A stretch of DNA of 64,000 nt from an uncultured candidate division Zixibacteria bacterium (lineage in GTDB: Bacteria > Zixibacteria > MSB-5A5 > UBA10806). The notes beneath the pieces are model-generated. The model made no database searches. It was not told the DNA's origin and saw only the letters and a list, made by a program, of their open reading frames with translations. Below, in pieces: positions 9,940 through 20,292 of the stretch. Location: the NCBI GenBank assembly GCA_963801605.1, contig CAWDFP010000006.1, positions 1,440,001-1,504,000 of the forward strand, given 5' to 3'. A program made the position numbers and the translations under genes. Every line of letters begins with the position of its first letter. Position 1 is the first letter of the stretch.

Positions 9940-12552
9940 ATGAAATCTCCCGAAAAACTCACTCCGCTTCTCAAACAATATTACGCCATAAAAAAGCAGC
10001 ATCCGGGACGACTCCTGCTTTTTCGCATGGGTGATTTTTATGAGTTGTTTGGAGATGATGCTGTCACCGCCTCATCTATTCTCGGGATCGCTCTTACTTC
10101 CCGCGCTCATGGTGAATCCGGCAAACTGCCCCTGGCAGGCGTGCCCTATCATACTCTCAACCGTTATCTGACCAAGCTTCTGCAGGCCGGATTCAAAGTT
10201 GCCGTTTGCGATCAGGTGGAAGATCCTAAGCAGGCTAAGGGGATTGTCAAACGCGAGGTAACCGAGGTTTTTACTCCTGGCAGCATCACTCTCGATGGCG
10301 CTCTCGATGCTGACAAACCAAACTATCTGGCTGGGATCAATATTAAAGATGATATCATCGGCCTGTCCCTCATGGATATCACTACCGGCCGCTTTATTAT
10401 CGACGAATTTCCTCTAAGCTCTCTGGCCGATAACCTCTCCTTTCATCATCCATCCGAGATAATCATCGCGGAGTGCTTCCGATCTTCCCTTTCGCAAATT
10501 ATTGCCTCGGCCGTACCCCAGGCGACCGTCACTCCTATCGATGATTACAGATTTGATTTTTCACTCGCTTACGGCGATCTCCTCACTCATTTCAAAACTC
10601 CCAGTCTTGACGGTTTCGGCCTGGGAACTCTGGGACCATCCATTGGAGCCGCCGGTGCTGTTTTGGCATATATCAAGGATTTGAAAGCGGGGAAAGTCGG
10701 ACAAATCACCCGCATCGAGAAGCTTCACAAAGAGCAGTATATGGAGCTTGACTCTGCCACCATCAAAAATCTCGAACTGGTGGAAACTCCTTATGAGGGA
10801 CGGAAAAATTCGCTTCTTTCCGTAATTGATCGAACCCAAAGCCCCGGAGGAGGCAGGCTTCTGCGAAATTGGCTGTTATCGCCTTTGACAATGCTTGAAC
10901 TTATCGAGGCTCGTCAGAAAGCGGTGATAGCCTTGCGCCAATCGAGCGGACCTCGAAAGGAAATTGCATCATCATTGCAGGGAATGCCCGATTTAGAACG
11001 CCTCTCATCCAAGGTCTCGATGAAAAAGGCCGGGCCCAGAGATATCGTCTATCTCCGTCACGGCCTTGAAAAAGTAATGGCGATTAAAGAAAGCGCCCAA
11101 AGCCTGGATTCCAAACTTATCAGGGAATCTCTATCGCATGTCGCCGATTTTACCGATTTGACTGACCTTATCGCCAGGGCTATTATCGATGAACCTCCGG
11201 CTACGCTTCAAGATGGCGGTCTTTTCCGACGAGGTTATTGGCCGGACCTGGATAATCTTATCCTGGGCATTGACGATGCCCGCAAATATATCCATGACCT
11301 CCAGAAAATTGAACGCGAGAAAACCGGAATAACCTCGCTTAAAGTTGGTTATAACAGGGTTTTCGGATATTATATCGAGGTTACCAAGCCTCACCTTTCA
11401 AAAGTGCCCGACTATTTTATTCGCAAACAAACCCTGGTCTCAGCCGAAAGATTTATCACCGAGGAACTTAAGACTAAAGAAGAGCTTATTCTAAATGCCG
11501 AAGAAAAAATCAGGACTTTAGAATGCGATCTTTTCTATAAACTTCTGGATCATATCGGCGAATATGTGTCAAAAATCCAGGATGCTGCCCGAGCCATTTC
11601 GACAATCGATGTTCTTTTAAATTTCGTATCACTGGCTGATCAAACCGGATATCTAATCCCCACCCTGAATCAGTCGCTCGAAATAGAGATTCTCGACGGC
11701 CGTCACCCGGTTCTCGAAACGATTTTACCACCCGGTAAATTCGTACCCAATGATATTTTTCTCGATGGCAGTAAAAAGAGGTTTGGAATTATTACCGGTC
11801 CAAATATGGCCGGAAAATCAACCTTCTTGCGCCAGGTGGGCTTATTAACGCTTTTAGCTCAGGTAGGTGCTCCTATCCCGGCGCGAAAAGCCACGATTGG
11901 CATCTGTGATCGCATCTTTACCAGAGTAGGAGCATCCGATGACATTATTCGGGGTCGATCTACATTCATGGTTGAAATGACCGAGGCCGCCGCCATTTTG
12001 AACACTGCTACCGACAGAAGTCTAATACTGCTTGATGAGCTTGGCCGAGGCACGTCCACCTATGATGGTTTAGCCATCGCCTGGTCGTTGGTTGAGTATC
12101 TCACTAATGTTCGAGGCAAACAGGCCCGCACTCTTTTTGCCACTCATTACCATGAGCTGATTGAACTTGGCGAGAATGGTAATGCCGTGTTCAATCTTCA
12201 AGTGGGTGTCAAACAATGGCAGGACACGATTGTTTTCCTATATAAAATTCTGCCCGGCGGTTGCGACGATTCCTATGGTATCCAGGTGGCTCGATTGGCT
12301 GGGTTGCCTGAACGGATGCTCGACCGCGCACGGGAAATCCTTTCGCGGCTGGAATCTGAGGATATAGCCGGAAAGGGCAGGGGCGCAACCGGCTCGGCCA
12401 CGGCCTTTCAGATTTCGCTTTTTTCGCCTGAGGAAGATAAACTCAAAAAAATAATAGATAATATCGATCCTGAGAAGTTGACACCGTTGGAATCTTTGAA
12501 TATAATAGCACAGCTTAAACGAATTGCGGGGGAGCAGAAAGACAAGGTATGA
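9940..12552 (+). CDS. mutS: DNA mismatch repair protein MutS
   Basis: LLFRMGDFYELF mismatch motif, Walker A GPNMAGKS, STFMVEM, DELGRGTST, FATHYHEL. Confidence 0.98.
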   Translation: MKSPEKLTPLLKQYYAIKKQHPGRLLLFRMGDFYELFGDDAVTASSILGIALTSRAHGESGKLPLAGVPYHTLNRYLTKLLQAGFKVAVCDQVEDPKQAKGIVKREVTEVFTPGSITLDGALDADKPNYLAGINIKDDIIGLSLMDITTGRFIIDEFPLSSLADNLSFHHPSEIIIAECFRSSLSQIIASAVPQATVTPIDDYRFDFSLAYGDLLTHFKTPSLDGFGLGTLGPSIGAAGAVLAYIKDLKAGKVGQITRIEKLHKEQYMELDSATIKNLELVETPYEGRKNSLLSVIDRTQSPGGGRLLRNWLLSPLTMLELIEARQKAVIALRQSSGPRKEIASSLQGMPDLERLSSKVSMKKAGPRDIVYLRHGLEKVMAIKESAQSLDSKLIRESLSHVADFTDLTDLIARAIIDEPPATLQDGGLFRRGYWPDLDNLILGIDDARKYIHDLQKIEREKTGITSLKVGYNRVFGYYIEVTKPHLSKVPDYFIRKQTLVSAERFITEELKTKEELILNAEEKIRTLECDLFYKLLDHIGEYVSKIQDAARAISTIDVLLNFVSLADQTGYLIPTLNQSLEIEILDGRHPVLETILPPGKFVPNDIFLDGSKKRFGIITGPNMAGKSTFLRQVGLLTLLAQVGAPIPARKATIGICDRIFTRVGASDDIIRGRSTFMVEMTEAAAILNTATDRSLILLDELGRGTSTYDGLAIAWSLVEYLTNVRGKQARTLFATHYHELIELGENGNAVFNLQVGVKQWQDTIVFLYKILPGGCDDSYGIQVARLAGLPERMLDRAREILSRLESEDIAGKGRGATGSATAFQISLFSPEEDKLKKIIDNIDPEKLTPLESLNIIAQLKRIAGEQKDKV

Positions 12553-14042
12553 TTCCAAGGCTGCTGCTTGCAGTATTAATTTCTCTCCCGACGGCCCTGT
12601 ATTCCGCCAGTTCTGAATCCGTACTTAATCAAAATCCCATATTATTACTATATAATCAAAATGATTTACCTGCCGGATTAACGCCAATCTATTCGGATAA
12701 TGGAATCATGTTGGTTTTCGGGGACACGGCTATTTATAAAACCGGGCAGCCTTTGCTAACCGCTGAACGCGGAGATTATTATTTACTGCGTCTTTATTCG
12801 CCTGATGCTTTAGCGCCTTTCGCTGATAATCTATCATTTATTATCTTGGGCAAAACCGCAGTAATAAGGGCAACTCCTGAAAAGGCCGAGGCCTTATCAA
12901 ATTATGGATGGGGCTTAACGAAACTAAACGAGACTATGGTAACTGCCACACCTGGCGAAACTCCTACATTTCCCAGTATAGCCGTCGCCGATAGCAATAT
13001 TTCAAATTTGGTTTCAATTATTACCCCGGAATCATCACGAAGATTAATTGCTGATCTTTCAGCGATTCCAACCAGACATTCGAATTATCCGGGATGCCGT
13101 CAAGCCGAACAATATATTTACAATAAATTTGATAGCTTGAATTTATCGACGTCATTTTTTACTTTCCAATATAATAATATCGATATGCGTGACGTGATTG
13201 GCCAGTTGAATGGAATTGTACATCCCGAATCGGTAATTATCGTGTGTGCGCATCTTGATTGCACCAGCGAGACTCCGTCTCAGCGAGCTCCTGGTGCCGA
13301 GGACAACGGTACTGGGGTTGCGGTAGTTCTTGAGGCCGCCCGTGTCTTAAGTCAATGTCAAACCGATTTAAGCGTACGTTTTATTACTTTTAGTGGTGAG
13401 GAACAGGGGTTGATCGGCTCTGACCGTTATGCCTCGTATGTTCAGGAGCAGGGGCAAAATATCGCAGCGGTAATAAATATCGATATGGTGGGTTACAGCG
13501 GCTTATACGCTCAGGATATGCATGTCTTTTCTGATCAAAATTCTTATGCGCTTGGAGCCTTAGGAACCCAGATTCTGGCATCTTATACGTCGCTTGATAC
13601 GGTGCCTCATTATAATCCGGCGCCGGAGTATGGTTCGGACCATTATCCGTTTGCGACCAGGGGATATCCATCGATGTTCTTTATTGATGCTTGGCAGGGT
13701 TTCGACTGGTATCCATACTATCATACAGTTGCGGATACTGTGGGAAATCTGAATATGATTCAGCAGTCAGCAATCGGACGAGCTGTCGCTGCGATGACGA
13801 TAACGCTTGCCGGGATAAATGCCGGTCCTGCATTTTTACCCGGCGATGCCAACGGCACCGGTGATGTGAACGGCTTGGATGTTGTTTATTTGATTAATTA
13901 TCTTAAAAGCCTCGGACCCGCTCCAGATCCCCTTTTACGGGGTGATTCTAATGGCGATTGTGTTACAAATGGCCTTGATGTGGTCTACTTAGTGAGCTAT
14001 CTAAAAGGCGGCCCCCGCCCCATTTCCGGCAACTGCCAGTAG
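12549..14042 (+). CDS. Secreted M28-family aminopeptidase with C-terminal dockerin-like domain
   Basis: AHLD, GAEDNGTG, GEEQGL, NIDM, SDHYPF, YYHT motifs; duplicated GD.NG...V.GLDVVYL..YL dockerin segment. Confidence 0.9.
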   Translation: MIPRLLLAVLISLPTALYSASSESVLNQNPILLLYNQNDLPAGLTPIYSDNGIMLVFGDTAIYKTGQPLLTAERGDYYLLRLYSPDALAPFADNLSFIILGKTAVIRATPEKAEALSNYGWGLTKLNETMVTATPGETPTFPSIAVADSNISNLVSIITPESSRRLIADLSAIPTRHSNYPGCRQAEQYIYNKFDSLNLSTSFFTFQYNNIDMRDVIGQLNGIVHPESVIIVCAHLDCTSETPSQRAPGAEDNGTGVAVVLEAARVLSQCQTDLSVRFITFSGEEQGLIGSDRYASYVQEQGQNIAAVINIDMVGYSGLYAQDMHVFSDQNSYALGALGTQILASYTSLDTVPHYNPAPEYGSDHYPFATRGYPSMFFIDAWQGFDWYPYYHTVADTVGNLNMIQQSAIGRAVAAMTITLAGINAGPAFLPGDANGTGDVNGLDVVYLINYLKSLGPAPDPLLRGDSNGDCVTNGLDVVYLVSYLKGGPRPISGNCQ

Positions 14043-14218
14043 CAAAACAAAAATATATTTCATCAACATAATGTACTCGTGTAGAACAGCATTTTCTACA
14101 CATGCAATAAAAGGCTGATTACAGCTCATTATATTATTAAAATTACTTGACTAATGGGATATTAAATCTTATGGTATATCAAATTTAAATAAATTTGTTG
14201 ATTTTTGCCGGAGGTTAT

Positions 14219-15985
14219 ATGAATTTTATAGCAGCAACTTTAGTATCAATTTCTATAATTTTTTTAGTACCTATATCGGTCGCATTTGGAATAACGTTTA
14301 GTAATGTTACTCATCAGGCTCATTTAGAGAATTTTCCTGTGTGCAGAGCCTCTACTTGGTTAGATTATGACCGAGACGGATATCTTGATTTATTGATTGG
14401 AAGTGAAGTTGGGGCAAATCGACTACACAAAAATCTTGGCGATGGCACCTTCACTAATGTGACTGCTCAAGCTCACATTCCGCAAAGATCGGGGATATGG
14501 GGAGTGAATTTTGCGGATATAGATAATGATTGGTTTCAAGAAATTTATTTATCCGCTAGAGCTCCCGATACATTTAGCGCGGGGAGGAATATTCTACTTT
14601 ATAATTCCGGGCGGGGGAATTTTATTGATATCTCAGATTCTTCCTACACTAATGTTCCTGGTGGAGGAGTTGCTGCTTGTTTTGCGCCGTTTTCAAAAGG
14701 CCCATATTTGGATATTTTTGTTCCGAATCAATATTATCCAAATCAAGAGTATCCTTTTTTTTTAAGAAACAATGGGGATGCAACATTTTCTGATAGGACT
14801 GCTATGGTAGGTTTATTCCTCAGGGACTGGTGGGATATTCCTATCGCTTTTGATTATGATAACGATAATAGACTTGAACTTTTTTGTACCAAAGACTTTC
14901 ATGGTAATAGTATGTATGATCAACCTTATGGGACAGCATTTGTTGATATTACTGATAGCCTTAACATACAGACTCCATGTGGATATGGTGCAACTGTAGG
15001 TGATATTAACAATGATGGATGGTTTGATTTATATATTACGAACTGGCACGAATTTGATGATAATCTCTTTCTTTTTGATACCCTAAGCCATCATTATATC
15101 GATGTAACGGAAGATTGGGATGTTCCGGGTGGGTCATGGACATCGGCGGCTCATTTTGCGGATTTTGATAACGATGGGTGGCTTGATCTTTTTATTACGG
15201 GTGCGGGTGTTGGAAATAGATATTACCATAATACTAATGGAATTGGTTTTAATGATCAAACTGACGAAGTAGGCTTAATTAATTTTGGTTACAATTGGGG
15301 GGCAAGTATCGCGGATTATAATAATGATGGCTTTTTAGATATATTTGTCCCCGAATACTATCAGGGGAGCGGCGGGGAATTATATCGTAATAACGGTAAC
15401 AATAATAATTGGGTTAAATTTGAGCTCGAAGGGCGATATTCCAATAGAGATGCTATTGGGGCGAGGCTAATCTTAGAAGCATCTACTTTTACTCAAACAA
15501 GACAAGTTATTGCTGGTTCAGGATTTGGTTCTCAAAACACTTTGGTTCAACATTTTGGTTTGGGACAAGACAGCATTATTGGTAAATTAACCATTTTTTG
15601 GCCAAACAGGGGATTTGATATATTTGAAAGCTTAGGAGTTAATACATATTATCATGTGATAGAAGGCGAAGCATTATCCAACGACGATAATACAACGAAT
15701 CTCCCGATTGAATTTAATTTCACAAAATTATTTCCAAATCCATTTAATAATCAAACACAAATAGAATTATTGGTTAGTCGGGAGGGCGAACTGATTGTCG
15801 AAATATTCGATATACTTGGAAGAAAAGTAAAAACTCTAATATCAGGCAATGTACCTTCGGGGACTATCACATTAATATGGGACGGTAAAGATCAAACCGG
15901 GGTTGGAGTAAACTCCGGAATATATATATGCCGTGCTGCAAATTGTATGCATTCTAATTACCGCAAAATGGTATTATTGAAGTAG
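14219..15985 (+). CDS. FG-GAP/VCBS-repeat, ASPIC/UnbV (CRTAC1-like) protein with T9SS-typeA/FlgD-Ig-like CTD
   Basis: Repeated D.DNDG.LD motifs, SNRDAIGAR, HFGLG, FPNPFN...SGIYICR...KMVLLK; GGAGG RBS before ATG 14219. Confidence 0.88.
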   Translation: MNFIAATLVSISIIFLVPISVAFGITFSNVTHQAHLENFPVCRASTWLDYDRDGYLDLLIGSEVGANRLHKNLGDGTFTNVTAQAHIPQRSGIWGVNFADIDNDWFQEIYLSARAPDTFSAGRNILLYNSGRGNFIDISDSSYTNVPGGGVAACFAPFSKGPYLDIFVPNQYYPNQEYPFFLRNNGDATFSDRTAMVGLFLRDWWDIPIAFDYDNDNRLELFCTKDFHGNSMYDQPYGTAFVDITDSLNIQTPCGYGATVGDINNDGWFDLYITNWHEFDDNLFLFDTLSHHYIDVTEDWDVPGGSWTSAAHFADFDNDGWLDLFITGAGVGNRYYHNTNGIGFNDQTDEVGLINFGYNWGASIADYNNDGFLDIFVPEYYQGSGGELYRNNGNNNNWVKFELEGRYSNRDAIGARLILEASTFTQTRQVIAGSGFGSQNTLVQHFGLGQDSIIGKLTIFWPNRGFDIFESLGVNTYYHVIEGEALSNDDNTTNLPIEFNFTKLFPNPFNNQTQIELLVSREGELIVEIFDILGRKVKTLISGNVPSGTITLIWDGKDQTGVGVNSGIYICRAANCMHSNYRKMVLLK

Positions 15986-16663
15986 TTTTCGATTAAATCT
16001 TATAGCGATTTACTTATAATATTTTAATATACGAGCTATTTCCGAAAGGAGTTAATTATTTCGGTTGATTATAGGCATTATCAAGTATTTATAGAATATA
16101 GGGCACTAAAAGCAGCCCAATAGAGCATTCCATATTAAATAATTCCAATCTTGAAAAGGCAAATGTACTTAGGCTAATTCGAATAGTGGAGCGAAGCACA
16201 TATTTAGCCTATTATCATCAAGATTCCATATTAGGGCCGCTGCCTAAGCCCATAAATAATTATAATTTATCGTTAAGATTCAATTTAGTATCCCATCCCC
16301 GCCCCCAGATTATCCCAATCCCTCTTGACAACCACAAGATAATCAACAACATAGCAATCATGATGAAAATGTTTGTTCTGCGCCATAGTGCGAAGTTTGG
16401 TATACTCATTATCTACGGCCTTAATCCCCGTTGACCATTACGCCTTATTCCTCATATTTAGCGCAAGTCAATGATGCGATACCAAAATAAATTAAATTAA
16501 TCGTTTGATTTGAAAATGTATGACAGCAAAAAATGAAAACCTTAAATTTGATTGTAACTATTACACCTAGTGTTTATTTCAGAATTAATAAAATCACTAG
16601 CATTTTTTAATTATTAAAAACCAGATTTTACAAATGATTTCAAATATTAAAACGGGAGTTGCC

Positions 16664-17197
16664 ATGACCAAACAAACAGAATCCAGCTTCAAAGAGAAAG
16701 CCCTGCCGCATTTGGACGCAATGTGGAATACGGCCCTGTGGTTTGCGGAAAATGATATCGGCGCCGAAAGTCTGGTCGAGGATGCCTATCTCGAGGCATA
16801 TCGGAAATGGGACGATTCGGTTACCGTAGCGGGTGCAAAAACCTGGATGTTTAAATTTCTGGTGAGACTGGTACTCGAACGAAGCAGAATGATTTCGAGA
16901 AAATCGTTTCCACAAAATCTTGATAATGTTTTAATGTCCCTTTTGCCCGACGAGACACTTCAAATTAACAATATTCCTAAAGAAGTCATCGCCGATGCCA
17001 TTAAAAATCTGCCAGTGGCGATCCGCCTGATGATGGTACTCTCGATTTTCGAAAAATTTACTTACAGCCAAATTTCCGAAAGCACCGGGATTCAGAAAGA
17101 CATCGTCAGCGCCAAAATTTATCAGGGTTACACCCTTATTCGTAAAACAATTTTTAATTATTGCACTGCTCAACATGCCGGACTGCAAACCTGTTAA
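16664..17197 (+). CDS. ECF sigma-70-like factor, divergent
   Basis: F...ALPHLD.....A..... AE.LV...YL.AY sigma2 pattern; AIKNLP...R......FTYSQI sigma4 pattern; several conserved residues altered. Confidence 0.7.
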   Translation: MTKQTESSFKEKALPHLDAMWNTALWFAENDIGAESLVEDAYLEAYRKWDDSVTVAGAKTWMFKFLVRLVLERSRMISRKSFPQNLDNVLMSLLPDETLQINNIPKEVIADAIKNLPVAIRLMMVLSIFEKFTYSQISESTGIQKDIVSAKIYQGYTLIRKTIFNYCTAQHAGLQTC

Positions 17198-17229
17198 AAA
17201 TAAATAATAGGTCTGATGGGGGGGAGAAA

Positions 17230-17637
17230 ATGACACAATACATTGAACTCGAAAGGCTTCGACCAAACAACTGGTTCCTTGATAGAACGAAACTCAACCG
17301 CATTAGGGATGCTTGGAGTCAGGGAAACCAACGCCTGTTACCGGCTGTCCTGGTAACTATCATAGATGGCGAATATAGCCTCATAGATGGGCATTGCCGC
17401 GCATTTGTAGCCTTTGAAAACGGTTCTTGGGGGATTTTGGCCGAGATAGCCGAGGCCGATCAGGTAACCCATAATATTAATCTGCTTACAATTTTCCATC
17501 GCCAGGGGCCATTCATAGGTGTGAAATGCATTCAGGATCTCGGCAAAAGGATAATTGATTCCATAAGTGTCGAGAAGCCAACTCCAAAAATTCAGGATCG
17601 CTTGAAGCAACTCGCGTTGGTTGCTGTTAATTTATAA
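17230..17637 (+). CDS. Small ParB/Srx N-terminal-like domain protein
   Basis: I.LERLRP, LPAVLV...DGEYSLIDGHCR motif; GGGAG RBS. Confidence 0.65.
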   Translation: MTQYIELERLRPNNWFLDRTKLNRIRDAWSQGNQRLLPAVLVTIIDGEYSLIDGHCRAFVAFENGSWGILAEIAEADQVTHNINLLTIFHRQGPFIGVKCIQDLGKRIIDSISVEKPTPKIQDRLKQLALVAVNL

Positions 17638-17732
17638 AATTATAATAATCGTATGAATTTATATTAGAATATTTTGCTTGAAATTTATTAAATTCCATGA
17701 TAAGGTCTTCTCGAATGCTTCAAGGAGGAGGT

Positions 17733-18128
17733 ATGAATTCAATTTTGGTGGTGGAAGACGAAGCCAATCTTCGTGATCTATATGTTGATGAACTAAAAGA
17801 TGCTGGATACCATGTAAGGTCAACTGCATCCGGCAAGGAGGCCCTCGACTGGGTTAAGAGAGAACGCCCTCAATTAGTCGTTCTGGATATTATGTTGCCG
17901 GATATTAATGGCTTACGGGTCCTGGAAGAAGTTAAGGCTTACGATAAATCAATTCCAGTGCTGCTGAACTCCGCCTATAGCGTTTACAAATCCGATTTTT
18001 CGAGCTGGATGGCTGATGATTACGTCGTAAAATCATCCGATACCAGCGAGCTTATTGATAAAGTCAGATTTCTAGCGAAAGGCAAAAATCCCGATTACGT
18101 TAAATCTTGTCTCAAATCAAATTATTAA
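17733..18128 (+). CDS. Stand-alone response regulator (receiver domain)
   Basis: ILVVEDE, LVVLDIMLP, SAY, ADDYVVKS; AGGAGG RBS. Confidence 0.92.
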   Translation: MNSILVVEDEANLRDLYVDELKDAGYHVRSTASGKEALDWVKRERPQLVVLDIMLPDINGLRVLEEVKAYDKSIPVLLNSAYSVYKSDFSSWMADDYVVKSSDTSELIDKVRFLAKGKNPDYVKSCLKSNY

Positions 18129-18550
18129 CCAAAGATTTATTAACTTATTCAATACTAACCGAGGTTTAGATTAGCCGCGGTTATTTTTTTGCGATAATCC
18201 CTTAATTCGATCCTGATTTTTCATTACTTTTACATTTAGCAAAACTCTATTCCCTGATTTATAAATAAAATCTCGATTTTCAGTGATTTTTACGGGAATA
18301 TTGCCAATTTCAATCTGTTTTTAGCTAACATTTTACCGAAAAGCAGGTAATTTTTAGTCTAATATCTTTTCCCCGCGATCTCCAACCTGGTGAAATAATT
18401 ATCATATTGTTTATAATAACTGTTATTATTTGCTTGCAATTGCCGATAATTTATGATAAATGTCATACCGTATACAGGTTATGATGTTTTTGGGAAACGC
18501 GAATTATGAATGAGCAAAATTGACAAATACTTAACTTGAAGGAGGAGTTC

Positions 18551-19549
18551 GTGAATTACAAACTTAGTATCTTAATTGTCATCCTGGCGGCATCGATTCT
18601 CTTAATTGGCGGTTGTTCGGGTGAAAGAGGAGTAAAAGGCGATTCGGGAACCGCCGAATGTATTCAATGCCACAGCGATAATACTACCATCGTTGCTATT
18701 GATGGCCAGTGGCAACATTCTATCCATGCCACCGGCGGAAATTTTGAACGCAATACGCCGCCCTGTTCAGGCTGCCATACCAGCGAGGGTTTCGTTGCCC
18801 TGATCAACACCGGAGATCCTGGCACGCCCGAAAATCCATCGCCGGTTGGCTGCTTTGCCTGTCATGAGCCCCATACCAATAAAAATTTCAATCTAAGAAC
18901 CAGCTCGCCCGTTACCCTTGAAATCAGCGGAGCCGTTTATGATCGTGGTTTGAGCAACCTGTGCGCCAACTGCCATCATGCTCGCACCCTTTCGCCTCCT
19001 CTAACCGGCGGCGAGGTTACAATCACCTCCAATCGCTGGGGCCCGCATCACGGTCCACAGGCCGATATTCTCAGTGGCACCGGCGCATACGTATTTGAGG
19101 GAGCGACCTATCGCAATTCGCCTCATACATCGCAAGTTACCAACGGATGTCCGACTTGTCACATGGCTGCACCTTATGGAACTCAGGCCGGGGGCCATAC
19201 TATGAGCCTGGCCTACGATTCCCACGGCACCACGACGGACCTGGTTGCCGGCTGCAATAACGATGGTTGCCATAGTGGTTTAGCCGATTTCAACGTTGAT
19301 GGTCTCCAGGATTCTGTCGAGACTTACATGGGGAACTTACGTGCCGCTTTGGTATCAGACAGCCTTCTCAGCGACGCGACCGATCTGCCTAACGCTTCAA
19401 GTTCACATCCATTAGTTATGTCCGCGGACCAGGCAGGCGCCCTATACAACTACCTCCTGCTTGAGGCCGACCGTTCCGGCGGCGTTCATAATTCCAAATA
19501 TGTGCTCGATGCCCTAAAAGCGTCAATCGGGGTTTTAGCTACTAAGTAA
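18551..19549 (+). CDS. Multiheme c-type cytochrome lipoprotein (5 CxxCH + 1 Cx4CH)
   Basis: Lipobox LIGGC; CIQCH, CSGCH, CFACH, CANCH, CPTCH, CNNDGCH; helical C-terminus with DRSGGVHN. Confidence 0.9.
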   Translation: MNYKLSILIVILAASILLIGGCSGERGVKGDSGTAECIQCHSDNTTIVAIDGQWQHSIHATGGNFERNTPPCSGCHTSEGFVALINTGDPGTPENPSPVGCFACHEPHTNKNFNLRTSSPVTLEISGAVYDRGLSNLCANCHHARTLSPPLTGGEVTITSNRWGPHHGPQADILSGTGAYVFEGATYRNSPHTSQVTNGCPTCHMAAPYGTQAGGHTMSLAYDSHGTTTDLVAGCNNDGCHSGLADFNVDGLQDSVETYMGNLRAALVSDSLLSDATDLPNASSSHPLVMSADQAGALYNYLLLEADRSGGVHNSKYVLDALKASIGVLATK

Positions 19550-19572
19550 TAGAAGCAAACACTTGTTTTAAG

Positions 19573-19601
19573 ATCCCGCCATAATTTGGCGGGATTTTTT
19601 T
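19573..19601 (+). terminator. Intrinsic terminator
   Basis: ATCCCGCCA / TGGCGGGAT stem plus T-tract. Confidence 0.85.
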
Positions 19602-19718
19602 ATTTTAGGTACCAGGATGATTAAAATCGATTCATTTTTTAATTGTAATTTTATAGTTTGGCCACAATAATATTCAAATGCTAAATTTGCCTCATTTTAA
19701 TGACGATAAATTAGTAGT

Positions 19719-20213
19719 ATGCGCAAATTAGGCTTATTGTTCATCGTTGGGGCTATGCTTCTGATATCCTGTAGCGGCCCCATAAGACGCTCGGATAATT
19801 ACCCCAAACCTTTGCCGGCAAAATCGTCCAAACGTCTTATTAAAGAAGCTACCAGGCATATTGGCGAGCCTTACCGCTACGGCGGATTATCTAAAAAGGG
19901 ATGGGATTGCTCGGGTTTCGTAAGGACTATCTACCAAAAATCACTAAATATCGCTCTTCCCAGAACCGCCAACGAAATGTACCGCTTGGGTTTTCAGATA
20001 CCTTATAATCATGCGCGGCCCGGCGATCTCTTATTCTTCAAAATCGGTCGAAAAAACGTCTCGCATGTTGGTATTTTTATGGGGAACGGCAAGTTTATCC
20101 ATGTGAGTAAAACGGACGGCGTAATTGTTTCCTCGATAACAGATCCTTACTATCGACGGCATTTTCTCGATCTCCGGCGCATACCGGTTGAATTAGTGGC
20201 ACTAAAAAAATAA
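19719..20213 (+). CDS. NlpC/P60 (C40) cell-wall peptidase lipoprotein
   Basis: Lipobox LLISC; PYRYGG...DCSGF, PGDLLFF, SHVGIF, FIH. Confidence 0.93.
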   Translation: MRKLGLLFIVGAMLLISCSGPIRRSDNYPKPLPAKSSKRLIKEATRHIGEPYRYGGLSKKGWDCSGFVRTIYQKSLNIALPRTANEMYRLGFQIPYNHARPGDLLFFKIGRKNVSHVGIFMGNGKFIHVSKTDGVIVSSITDPYYRRHFLDLRRIPVELVALKK

Positions 20214-20292
20214 ACGCGTTGCCAACTGGTCTTCTTAGGATCTCAGTTAAAACGATATATTTAGATTTACATTCGAATTACAACCGCGCGAA

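Noticed and set aside
16186..16434. 82-aa ORF in an AT-rich spacer
   Set aside because: No RBS and no motif; its composition is typical of non-coding DNA.
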